Assembly (NCBI GenBank): GCA_020721205.1
Contig: DYNF01000003.1
Span: forward strand, 15,038 to 79,037
Length of the DNA stretch: 64,000 nucleotides
Origin: Prochloron sp. SulCav_FS08_3_32_3330
GTDB lineage: Bacteria; Cyanobacteriota; Cyanobacteriia; Cyanobacteriales; DYNF01
Reading direction: 5' to 3'
Part shown: positions 18,093 to 27,232 of the stretch, piece after piece
Numbering within the stretch: the first letter of the stretch is position 1
Layout: each line of letters starts with the position of its first letter
Notes under the pieces: model-generated
Told to the model about the DNA's origin: nothing
The model's database searches: none
The model's input: the letters and a program-made list of their open reading frames with translations, nothing else
Program-made: the position numbers and the translations under genes

Positions 18093-19925
18093 TTAATCTA
18101 TGATATCGTCAAATCCAAACTCAGAATCTCTAGTATGTTTAGGTTTACCTTTATCTTCATTGGTACTTCCTGGATTTATTTCTTCTCTATGTCTTCTTCT
18201 AGCTTCTTCTAGCTTCTTTTCTTGTTGATTAATTGCATCAACTCTGGGTTGGTTTTTTTTCTGTTGTTCTATAACAGCTTTTGCCATTATACTGTCTTTG
18301 ATGGCTTGTTTTGTTGGTGGTGTTTCTAAATATAATTTTACGGCTTGGCTTGTAAGGTTAGCATCATCAGTTGAGTAATTTTCTTCTTTTAGTTTTTGTT
18401 TAATTGCTTTTAATTGCTTTTGAACATCAGCTGTTGGCTTACCAGCGGTGGTTTCATCCACATCCCCACTATTTAAAAGTTGAGTTAGAAAAGCAGACAA
18501 TTTTGCATCATCAAAGAACAATACTGGATTGCCATCTACTTTTTGTATTTCTATAATATAAGAAGAAAAATTTGAGTTTTCTTGCAACATTTTTAAATAA
18601 GTTTGATCTTGAAACTTTTTGGGTAAGGTATCCCAGTTCCATGTATTTTCTGTTTGATTAACTAATTTTTGTAGTTCGTCCCCAGCTTGTTTTTGTAATT
18701 CCTGTACTTCATTAGTAACATTTGTTTTCAAAGTGTTTTCATCTTCTGCTAGTGATGAAGCATAAACTAAACTAGGTAGATTATCATTATTAATGGCAGA
18801 GCCAAAAATATTAGATAAAACATTCTTTGAATTATCCATAATTTTCTTAATTTGTTCTAACTTATTTTTTATTTTTTTGAGTTCTAAATCCCTTGTTTCT
18901 TTATCCAAACTTTTATTTTCTGAAATAGTTTTTTCTTGTAACTTTAAATCTATATATTTTGTTTCTATATCATAGACTAAATTGACAAACTGATCTAATG
19001 TAGTAGGTATTGTAACCGTTTTATCTATATATTTATAATATTGAGCTAAAAACTCAATCATATTATTATTGATAGCAGAAACAGCTTGATCAACAGTCAA
19101 AGAAGATAAAACATATTTATTTTTCAAATATTCTGCCGTTTCTGGAGATGGTTTTTCTAAATCATTATTACTATAAACATAATACAGATCAGCAACAGGT
19201 AATTGAGTATCTTCAGGAAAATTAGTATTATAAGTACCTTTATTAGTTACAAAAGTTGCTAAATTTGTATTTAATTTTACGATTTGATCCCCTAAAGATT
19301 TTAGAGTTTTCCCCTCTATATTTTCAAAAATTGTCGCAGGATCTTTATCAATTCCATAAATTATTTTATCTACTTTGCTATTGATAACTACAATTTTAGT
19401 GATTCCATTATTGGTAAATAAATCTTGAGCTTGAATATCATTGCTAGTATCAGAATCATTTAAAGTTTCGATAATTTTTAAAGCTTCAGCATTAGTAGTA
19501 TAGGTTTTATAATTATCAAAATTAGATGGAACTAATACTAATTGATATTTATTTTGATTGAATAACTCCTTATTCTTTAACAATAACAATTTATTTTTTA
19601 TGATTAGATCTTTTTGTTGTTTATAGATTAAAGTATCACCAGTACCCATGGAATTATAAGCCATTATAATATTAGAACCACTTAAATTTTTAGCCTCTTG
19701 CTGTAAAGGAGATAAAAAGCCACTATTATTAGGATCAGCTTCTTCTAATTCTAAAGGATTAAGGGAAGTATTTGTAATTTCTAAAGAACTTATAGAAGTC
19801 TCTTTTATATCAGGAGTGCCACAACTAACAAGAAATAATAAAACTCCAGCTATACTAACTTTTGCTAGAATTTGTTGATAAGATTCTTGTTTTTTCTGAT
19901 TTTTTAAGTTTGAATGATTAAGCAT
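18093..19925 (-). CDS. Large lipoprotein of unknown function
   Basis: Start set at MLNHSN (ATG 19925), because the longer ORF reads through REP 19955-20022. Lipobox LFLVSCG. K/E/N-rich with coiled-coil-like stretches and an acidic tail DSEFGFDDIID. Confidence 0.65.
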   Translation of the reverse strand: MLNHSNLKNQKKQESYQQILAKVSIAGVLLFLVSCGTPDIKETSISSLEITNTSLNPLELEEADPNNSGFLSPLQQEAKNLSGSNIIMAYNSMGTGDTLIYKQQKDLIIKNKLLLLKNKELFNQNKYQLVLVPSNFDNYKTYTTNAEALKIIETLNDSDTSNDIQAQDLFTNNGITKIVVINSKVDKIIYGIDKDPATIFENIEGKTLKSLGDQIVKLNTNLATFVTNKGTYNTNFPEDTQLPVADLYYVYSNNDLEKPSPETAEYLKNKYVLSSLTVDQAVSAINNNMIEFLAQYYKYIDKTVTIPTTLDQFVNLVYDIETKYIDLKLQEKTISENKSLDKETRDLELKKIKNKLEQIKKIMDNSKNVLSNIFGSAINNDNLPSLVYASSLAEDENTLKTNVTNEVQELQKQAGDELQKLVNQTENTWNWDTLPKKFQDQTYLKMLQENSNFSSYIIEIQKVDGNPVLFFDDAKLSAFLTQLLNSGDVDETTAGKPTADVQKQLKAIKQKLKEENYSTDDANLTSQAVKLYLETPPTKQAIKDSIMAKAVIEQQKKNQPRVDAINQQEKKLEEARRRHREEINPGSTNEDKGKPKHTRDSEFGFDDIID

Positions 19926-19954
19926 ATTTTTTGAGGTAAATTCATTAATTAAAT

Positions 19955-20271
19955 TGTAGGGGCATGACACCCTTAAATTATGATACCAATTTTTCAATTA
20001 TATATTGTCATGCCCAACCCCAGCGATCAATTAAAAAAAATTAAATTGTAGGGGCATGGCATCCTTAACTTATTATATAATCATTAAATCATATATTGCC
20101 ATGCCCAACCCCACCGATCAATTTCAAAATTAATCACAATTTGATAATTTTAATTATTAATTAATGTTGTGTTTATGATATTTTTCAACCGTTAATTTAA
20201 TGATGGGATCGGGCATGGCAAAATTTAAGTTAATGGTTTATATAATGATTTAAGGATGCCATGCCCCTACA
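19955..20271. repeat. Second REP cluster
   Basis: Plus copies at 19955-20022 and 20047-20114, minus copy at 20214-20271. The last two form an inverted REPIN-like pair. Same unit as around the RAYT, read directly. Confidence 0.9.
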
Positions 20272-20289
20272 GGTTTTTTGGATTAAAAT

Positions 20290-20919
20290 TTATAATTGAT
20301 CTTCCACAGAAATAAAAGCAGGATCTTCTGGAGTTAATTTACCACTACTTTGATAACTAGCGGGATTACCATTAATTAAAGCAGAAGTAACCTCCTTAAT
20401 TTCCATTTCTGGATCATCATCAGGATGTAAAGTTAAAACTAAAGGACAACCATTATTATCTTTTAATTTAGCACATAAAACATACTGACTAGGAGTATTA
20501 AGATCACGACGATAATTAAACCCAATTAAACCTTGATCTTTAAAAATTTGTAACCTCTTAGCAATTTCTTCACAACGGGCTTTAGTATTCCAACTTCCCC
20601 CCATACTTCTTACCATTTTTAACCAAGGTTTTGAGCCTTTTTCCTTAGAATACATCACAGTATAAACTTCACCACCAACTTTAGTATCTGGTTTAATTTC
20701 ACAATAAAAATTATGATCAGATTTAACCTCAATTTCTACTTCTTTTTCTGGCTTAGTTTCTTCTGAAATTGTTGGTTGAGAAGTGGGATTATTAATAACA
20801 GTTTCATCTAAATTCTCGTTTTTAGTAACATTTGAAAAAAGAAAGCCCGACAAAAAGTAAACGATACTTCCTGAAATAATTAAGGCTACAATTAAAATTA
20901 ATGTTTCTTTATTTTTCAT
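20290..20919 (-). CDS. COP23-like (circadian oscillating protein) domain protein with N-terminal TM/signal
   Basis: Cys spacing and context FYCE...PWLKMVRSMGGSWNTKARCEEIAKRL...YVLCA...NGCPLVLTL resemble COP23. Confidence 0.5.
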   Translation of the reverse strand: MKNKETLILIVALIISGSIVYFLSGFLFSNVTKNENLDETVINNPTSQPTISEETKPEKEVEIEVKSDHNFYCEIKPDTKVGGEVYTVMYSKEKGSKPWLKMVRSMGGSWNTKARCEEIAKRLQIFKDQGLIGFNYRRDLNTPSQYVLCAKLKDNNGCPLVLTLHPDDDPEMEIKEVTSALINGNPASYQSSGKLTPEDPAFISVEDQL

Positions 20920-21096
20920 CTATCTTTCTCGCAAAAATAATTAAAGTATACTGATTTTCTTTTTTGTGATGATTCTCATAATATCATACATTGTAATGAT
21001 AAATTAGAGCCATTAAAAAGGAAAAATTTTAGTGTAGATATAGTCATTAAAAGTTGATTATATCTGAATTTTTCCTCCAATTTTTATGAGTTTAGA

Positions 21097-22746
21097 TTAC
21101 TGATAACTGTTTACGGTAAAGCTATTTAACCAATTTTTTAAACTCTCAGGTATTTCTGTCGTAAATCTTAATTTAATTTTATCATTAGATAAATTTTGGA
21201 TATAATCAGCAGATAAAAAGGGTTTATAAATATTTTCTTCTTCATTCAATTCTGACACTAAAGCTAAACTTAAACCTTTCATTACTTCTTTTAAATTATC
21301 TGTTTCTGAATCTATTACTTCATTAGTAATATTACTTTCTCTCATTGCATCCTCTGAATAACGATGATCTGTCACACTCAAATGTGTCGCTCCAAGGGCA
21401 ACAATTAGGTATTTTTCCCCGTTTAAATGGTCAAATGGTCTCAATTGATGCTGAATACTCGGAGTGATAGAATCATCTCCAGAGGCTAAGATTAAAGTGG
21501 GAATAGTTACATTTTCTAAGCCTGTTTCCCCAAATATTTTCCCGACAATCGGATTTAAAGCGATCGCACTTTTAATCCGTTCATCTTTAAAATTAAGGTT
21601 ATTTTCAGGTAAATCTTTTGCCGCACATTGTAACCAATCTGCTGGACTTTTTCCGAAAAATCTTAAATTATCACAATATTCTCTTAATTGAGATATATCT
21701 AATTTTCCTCCTGCTACAGCTAAAGCAGTATAACCTCCAAAAGAATGACCAATAATAGCTACTTTTTCTGTATTTAATTTTCCTTTTAAAGTTTCATGAT
21801 TTTGATTAAGTTCCGTTAATTGATCTAAAACAAAAGTAATATCTTGAGGGCGATCGAGAAATTCTGAGGCGGGTAATAATTGACTCAGATCAAAACCGGA
21901 ATGAGGATCCCGAAAAACATTAATATTACTGCCGGGATGCTCTACACTAGCCACCGTAAAACCATGAGAGGCTAAATGAACCGCTACATAACGTAAAAAT
22001 TGGCGATCGGCGGAAAACCCATGAGACATAATAACCAGAGGTTTTTGAGTCTGATCGGCAGAATAAATATCTACAACTATCTGACGATTACGAGTATCAT
22101 CTTTTAGATTCAGAGTGCGCTGAAAAATCTGCATCTGCTCAGACAAAGCAGGATTAAGAGCAGGTAAATTATGAGGATTGATTTCTTTTTTGAGAGTGCG
22201 ATCTAAAATGGGGTTAATCATTTGACTTTGTAAATGAGAACCATTAACCTGTAAGGCAATACCGACAATTTTGGTTAAATCAAGAGTAATATTTTCTTCT
22301 GGATAAGCCTTCAAAATATTAACCACACTCAACTCATTTCCTTCTCTCACTGCTAAGGAAATCGCCGCTTGTAATACTTCCACACTACTTCCGGGAATAG
22401 CGGTAATAATTTTTTCTAATAAAGATTTTCCCAGAGAAGTTCGGCTTAATTCCTCTATAAAAACATCGCCAATATCGGGATCAATTTTTAATTTAGCTTT
22501 TAATAATTGTTGGATTTGAGGAGTAAGTAAGGGAGTATAAGGGGCTAAAGTCTCAGAAATTTCTCCATTTTCCGCAAATTCCGTTAAATCAGCCACCGGA
22601 AGCGATCGCTGTAAAGGACCGATTTTCAAAATTAAATTTTCAGCACTCAAAACGGGGGTGATCAGAAGATTAGAAACAGTGATCACCGTAAGACTAAAAA
22701 CTTGCCAGAAATGTTTATTTTTCAAATTAAATTTAATCATTCTCAA
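21097..22746 (-). CDS. Secreted alpha/beta hydrolase with N-terminal DUF1400-like domain
   Basis: Signal peptide. Nucleophile elbow GHSFGG. N-terminal LPVADLTEFAENGEIS region typical of cyanobacterial DUF1400 hydrolases. Confidence 0.7.
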   Translation of the reverse strand: MRMIKFNLKNKHFWQVFSLTVITVSNLLITPVLSAENLILKIGPLQRSLPVADLTEFAENGEISETLAPYTPLLTPQIQQLLKAKLKIDPDIGDVFIEELSRTSLGKSLLEKIITAIPGSSVEVLQAAISLAVREGNELSVVNILKAYPEENITLDLTKIVGIALQVNGSHLQSQMINPILDRTLKKEINPHNLPALNPALSEQMQIFQRTLNLKDDTRNRQIVVDIYSADQTQKPLVIMSHGFSADRQFLRYVAVHLASHGFTVASVEHPGSNINVFRDPHSGFDLSQLLPASEFLDRPQDITFVLDQLTELNQNHETLKGKLNTEKVAIIGHSFGGYTALAVAGGKLDISQLREYCDNLRFFGKSPADWLQCAAKDLPENNLNFKDERIKSAIALNPIVGKIFGETGLENVTIPTLILASGDDSITPSIQHQLRPFDHLNGEKYLIVALGATHLSVTDHRYSEDAMRESNITNEVIDSETDNLKEVMKGLSLALVSELNEEENIYKPFLSADYIQNLSNDKIKLRFTTEIPESLKNWLNSFTVNSYQ

Positions 22747-22838
22747 TTTTCTCTCATTTCTTATTAATATTATTAATTAATTGACTATTTTTCTGGTATC
22801 TAAGTTTCCTGATCTAATAAAATAAAAGGAAAAATAGT

Positions 22839-23687
22839 TTAAGAATTACGCCAAATTTGATCCGCTACCCTACAAACATCATACATTTCAGGCAGATCAT
22901 GGACTCTTAAAATATCAGCACCTCCGGCGATCGCCCCACAACAAGCACTAGCAGTCCCCCAAATACGTTCTTTTGGATTATTTTTATTTAAAAAATGACC
23001 AATAAAACTTTTCCGAGATGCCCCCACTAAAATGGGAACATTTAATGTTTGAAAAATTGATAATTTTTGTAAAACTTCAATATTTTGTGGATAAGTTTTA
23101 GCAAAACCAATGCCGGGATCAATGATAATATTAGTTTTATCAATTCCTGCGATTTTAGCTAATTCTATTCTTTCCTCAAAAAATTGATATATTTCGCCAA
23201 TTAAATCCTTATATTCTGTTAAATTTTGCATAGTTTCCGGTGTCCCTTTAATGTGCATTAAAATATAAGGGACATTAAATTTAGCGACAGTAGAAAGCAT
23301 ATTTTGATCAAAGATTCCGGCGGAAATATCATTAACAATATTTGCCCCTGCTTGGATCGCTTTTTCGGCAACAATCGCCCTTGTAGTATCAATAGAAATG
23401 GGAATCGTTAGGTCTTTTCTTAAGGCTTTAATAATCGGAATTACTCGATTTAATTCTTCTTCAAGGGAAATTGAAATACTACCCGGACGAGTAGATTGTC
23501 CACCGATATCAAGGATATCCGCTCCATTTTTTACCATCATTTTTCCTTGAGTTAAAGCTCGATCTAATGTATTAAATTCTCCCCCATCGCTAAAGCTATC
23601 AGGGGTAATATTTAAGATACCCATTAAATAGGTTTTTTTTCCCCAATTAAAGTTATTATTATTAATAATAAAAGGTTTTTTTGTCAT
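22839..23687 (-). CDS. folP: Dihydropteroate synthase
   Basis: GILNITPDSFSDGG, DIGGQSTRPG, DPGIGFAK, SRKSFIG. Confidence 0.92.
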   Translation of the reverse strand: MTKKPFIINNNNFNWGKKTYLMGILNITPDSFSDGGEFNTLDRALTQGKMMVKNGADILDIGGQSTRPGSISISLEEELNRVIPIIKALRKDLTIPISIDTTRAIVAEKAIQAGANIVNDISAGIFDQNMLSTVAKFNVPYILMHIKGTPETMQNLTEYKDLIGEIYQFFEERIELAKIAGIDKTNIIIDPGIGFAKTYPQNIEVLQKLSIFQTLNVPILVGASRKSFIGHFLNKNNPKERIWGTASACCGAIAGGADILRVHDLPEMYDVCRVADQIWRNS

Positions 23688-23772
23688 TAGTTATTAGTTA
23701 TTTAACAAATTTTACATAAGTAGATACGGAAGAAGGGCTAAAGCCCAACAACGAACCTTTTTTTTCGGTTAT

Positions 23773-24420
23773 TTAATTGATCCAGCGAAACTGATAACTT
23801 TCATTTTCTGCCCCCCAAACTTGATTTCCTTGTTCATCAAAACCCCGATCATAAGTATCCATCCCTTGAGAATGTAAAATAACGGTATTCGTTATTCTTA
23901 CCGCCCCTCGTATATTGGTGGGACAACCTTCCGGGGGTGTTTCCCCAATATAAATAGTCATTAACGGTCTGAGGGAAACTCGACACACCGCTTCTCCTAA
24001 ATCATCTAAATTAACATTGCGTTGATTTTGTGGGCGATCGCAAAAATTAATCCATCTTTGAGGCTGAATCGCTCTAAAAGCAGTGGATTCAACGGTATTT
24101 TCATTTTCCCCAGAATTAATCTCTAAAAAACGCTGACGATAAGGCTCTTTTAATTTATCATTTAATGCCTGTTCTTGATAAAGATAAACGGAATTAATCT
24201 CATTTTGCACTCCCGAAAGTTCGATTATACAAGTAGTCATTCGCACATTTGGCGCGGGGGGATTCGCCTCACTTTGGGCGGATGTGTCCATCATACCTAC
24301 TAAATGATTGACTACCTCATTAACTTGGGTTTCCACCGTTTCAGCTTTGACAATCAGAGAATGAAAAGAGAAAGAGAAAAGTGCCACAGATAAGCCGAAA
24401 ATTTTTGAGAAAAATGTCAT
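23773..24420 (-). CDS. CpcT/CpeT-family (bilin lyase-like, DUF1001) protein with a predicted signal peptide
   Basis: Colinear with CpcT blocks: MMDTSAQSEANPP, YQEQALNDKLKEPYRQRFLEI, YDRGFDEQGNQVWGA..YQFRW. N-terminus MTFFSKIFGLSVALFSFSFHSLIVKA. Confidence 0.6.
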   Translation of the reverse strand: MTFFSKIFGLSVALFSFSFHSLIVKAETVETQVNEVVNHLVGMMDTSAQSEANPPAPNVRMTTCIIELSGVQNEINSVYLYQEQALNDKLKEPYRQRFLEINSGENENTVESTAFRAIQPQRWINFCDRPQNQRNVNLDDLGEAVCRVSLRPLMTIYIGETPPEGCPTNIRGAVRITNTVILHSQGMDTYDRGFDEQGNQVWGAENESYQFRWIN

Positions 24421-24450
24421 CGAAAAAAAATAATTAAATTTTAATTTTAT

Positions 24451-24480
24451 TTGTCAATCATGTCATATCTGTGCTACACT
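24451..24480 (+). promoter_or_regulatory. Candidate sigma70-type promoter of the rbp gene (TTGACA-like TTGTCA, 18-bp spacer, TACACT)
   Basis: Hexamers read directly. Implies a 5' UTR of about 225 nt. Confidence 0.35.
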
Positions 24481-24713
24481 GAAAAGGTGAGAATAAGTAT
24501 TCGGTGACATCGTTTGTTTTTAGCGTTAATGAATTTTTTTCTTAGCGTTCGCTTCTAGGTACGTTTGATTGAGGTACGTTTAATTTAGGTGCATTTTTTA
24601 TCACCTTCCTTCGTCCATTCCCCATTGTACGTTTGCCCATTAGTTAGAAACAGGCTTCTATCTCTCCAATGCCTTAACTCTATATCCAATTACGATTTTC
24701 GAGACAATTAATT

Positions 24714-25004
24714 ATGTCAATTTATGTTGGTAATCTCTCTTACGAGATTAATGAAAAAGACCTGAGCGAAGTTTTTGCTGAATATGGTACAGTAAAACGA
24801 GTTTATCTTCCCACCGATCGGGAATCAGGTCGCCCTCGTGGTTTTGCTTTTGTTGAAATGGAAACCGATCCTCAAGAAGAATCTGCGATCGCAACTTTAA
24901 ACGGTGCAGAATGGGGTGGACGTGAAATCCGTGTCAATAAAGCAAAAGAACGGGAAAACAATGACAACAATAATAATAGTCGTAGAAGTAACAGACGTTT
25001 CTAA
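24714..25004 (+). CDS. RRM-type RNA-binding protein (cyanobacterial Rbp family)
   Basis: RNP2 IYVGNL and RNP1 RGFAFVEM. 96 aa. Confidence 0.92.
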   Translation: MSIYVGNLSYEINEKDLSEVFAEYGTVKRVYLPTDRESGRPRGFAFVEMETDPQEESAIATLNGAEWGGREIRVNKAKERENNDNNNNSRRSNRRF

Positions 25005-25026
25005 AGATATTATTAAAATTTTGTGG

Positions 25027-25049
25027 GGTGGGCTTTGCCCACCTTTTTT
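25027..25049 (+). terminator. Intrinsic terminator of rbp (GGTGGGC-TTT-GCCCACC followed by T6)
   Basis: Perfect 7-bp GC stem plus a T-tract, 22 nt after the stop codon. Confidence 0.85.
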
Positions 25050-25060
25050 AATGAACATTA

Positions 25061-25127
25061 TTAGGCGTTACATCATTAAGGTATGATAAAATCTCGCTCA
25101 TGCGCAAAGAACGCAAAGAAATATTTT
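25061..25127 (-). repeat. Second copy of the about 67-bp dispersed repeat (see 12936-13006)
   Basis: Read directly. Confidence 0.8.
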
Positions 25128-25162
25128 AAAATCATAAGCTGTTCAGCAATACCAATTATTAA

Positions 25163-26623
25163 TTATTGATTTAAACTTTTTAAAATATAATGTTTTGTGT
25201 TTTTATCTTCATAAATTTTTTGATAATTGGTTTCAAGATAGGGTTTAATTTGATCTAAAATGATGGGGAATCTTTCGATTAAAATTTGTTCAGGTTGATA
25301 TTTATTTAATACTTCTAATAAATCTGTTTGATTAAGATTACCAGAAATTAATCTTTTTGCGGGTAAAACTGCTATTTCAGGGGGTACATTAATTTTACTA
25401 TAAAAACTATACATGGCAAGATCTGTAAATAACCAATGAGTTTGATTTTGATAAGTTAAAATTCTGTCTACATTGGTGAATTTTATTTGAGATTCTTGGA
25501 TAAAAATATTATTTTGCCTGTAGATAATACCTAGTTTAACAGGTATTACTAATAAGCTAAAAATTAAAGTAAAAATAATAAATTTATGTTTCCATAATTC
25601 GGAAATTTTAAAATTATTAGATAAAAGTAAAATCTCTTTAATCCCATAACTAGCTAACCAGATTAAAGGCACAGAAATTAATACTAAATAATGATACCAT
25701 ACGGGTTTATGATTGATCAATAATAAGGTTATGGTAATTAACCAAAATAAAGGCAATAAATAAAGATAATTTTCTTTAAGTTTTATGGATTTTATGCCGA
25801 CTATTGTTAATAGTAAAAAATCAAAATTTTGGGCATAAATTAAGATTACATCTTTTAAACTATTATGATTTTGATAATCTTCTTTTAAACTGGAAGAAAG
25901 ATGAAATAAAAATATTTTTTCTAAATCTAAAGAGGAAGTTAATAAACCAATGATCAGAAAAATTATAGTTAAAGAGATTAAAAAAGTAAAAATAGATATT
26001 AATTTTTGTTTAATGTTAGGAATAATTAGGAATAAATAAAGCATAATTACGGGAATTAAAAAAATAGTAATCATTTTCAGTTGGAGAGAAATTCCTAAAC
26101 TTATTCCCGCTAAACTTAACAAATATAATTTAAAATTTTGACTGTATAAAACAATAAAATAAATAGCTAATATTGCCAAAGCTAAACAAGGTATTCCTTG
26201 CATTACTGACACACTTAATCTTAAAAAATTAATAGATAGAATTAATAATAAAGTGCTAATAATAGCTGGAATATTGCCTACAGATCTGCTTAAAATTTGA
26301 GTAAAACACCAAATAATTAAAGTAGCAAAAAATAAAGTAAAGATTCTTGCTGTAATAATAGAAAAGCCAAAAATATTAAGATATTTTCCTAAAAGAATAT
26401 TAAATAAAAGAGGTTGAGGATCCCAATATTCGTGATTAAAAAGTAAATTTTGACTAAATAAACTAGCTTTTGTTAATTCAATTCCTTCATCAGTATCAAA
26501 ATAAAATACTTGATCAATGGGCATTAATATTAAAGCAAAGATAATAAAAAAAACTGGGATAATTAGATTAAAAAGATAAAAATTTGTATTTTTATGGTTA
26601 AAAATTAGTTTAATAAATTGCAT
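25163..26623 (-). CDS. Polytopic membrane protein, ArnT/PMT-like glycosyltransferase candidate
   Basis: 486 aa, more than 10 TM segments, soluble C-terminal domain. Topology resembles GT39/GT83 but motifs are weak. Confidence 0.5.
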   Translation of the reverse strand: MQFIKLIFNHKNTNFYLFNLIIPVFFIIFALILMPIDQVFYFDTDEGIELTKASLFSQNLLFNHEYWDPQPLLFNILLGKYLNIFGFSIITARIFTLFFATLIIWCFTQILSRSVGNIPAIISTLLLILSINFLRLSVSVMQGIPCLALAILAIYFIVLYSQNFKLYLLSLAGISLGISLQLKMITIFLIPVIMLYLFLIIPNIKQKLISIFTFLISLTIIFLIIGLLTSSLDLEKIFLFHLSSSLKEDYQNHNSLKDVILIYAQNFDFLLLTIVGIKSIKLKENYLYLLPLFWLITITLLLINHKPVWYHYLVLISVPLIWLASYGIKEILLLSNNFKISELWKHKFIIFTLIFSLLVIPVKLGIIYRQNNIFIQESQIKFTNVDRILTYQNQTHWLFTDLAMYSFYSKINVPPEIAVLPAKRLISGNLNQTDLLEVLNKYQPEQILIERFPIILDQIKPYLETNYQKIYEDKNTKHYILKSLNQ

Positions 26624-26650
26624 TTTAAAAAGTTATCAATATCTTGAGTT

Positions 26651-26700
26651 TTAAACTTCCGGGATTTTTAAAATTATTTATTAAAATCTCGGAAGTTTAA
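26651..26700. terminator. Long hairpin TTAAACTTCCGGGATTTT ... AAAATCTCGGAAGTTTAA between two minus-strand genes
   Basis: 17 of 18 bp in the stem pair; read directly. Confidence 0.55.
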
Positions 26701-26703
26701 TTT

Positions 26704-27075
26704 TTAAAACGTATCTAAATCAATACCTTTAGATCCGCCTTCTTTAAGTTGTATTAATAATTTACCTAACTGTTGCCAAACTAAAGCCCCTGTAAAAATT
26801 GTGAGGGGTAAAGATAAGCCATAAGATAACCAACGGTTTAAAACAAAAACTTCTAAACCACTTGCTAGAAATACACAAATTCCTAATAACATTACTAGAA
26901 AAGGAAGACGTATTTCTAAGGTTTCTAGTTTAGCGGGTAGTTGATCCGTAGGTGTTTTAAAATAGGTTTTAACTTGTTGTTTTAATGTTTCTTGAAATGC
27001 TAAACCACTGGTGACACCAATAAATAAGCCAAAGAAAATCAGAAATAAGGGAGGTTCAGGGATATAATAGTACAT
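26704..27075 (-). CDS. Small membrane protein, unknown function
   Basis: 123 aa, 3-4 hydrophobic segments. Confidence 0.55.
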   Translation of the reverse strand: MYYYIPEPPLFLIFFGLFIGVTSGLAFQETLKQQVKTYFKTPTDQLPAKLETLEIRLPFLVMLLGICVFLASGLEVFVLNRWLSYGLSLPLTIFTGALVWQQLGKLLIQLKEGGSKGIDLDTF

Positions 27076-27232
27076 TGTGTGAGCAAAATTGCAAGTTTAA
27101 TTTTTGTTAACTTTTAGATTTTAACTTAATTAGAGATTTTAAGCAACTTTTTTATAGGTTATGATAGTTTATTGATATTCACCTACTTAATAATAATCAT
27201 TCTTTTTTCATGCTTTTTTATTAATAATTAAG

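Noticed and set aside
19926-19997. N-terminal extension of the lipoprotein ORF (MKNWYHNLRVSCPYNL...)
   Set aside because: It reads through REP copy 19955-20022. The internal ATG at 19925 gives a proper signal peptide and lipobox.
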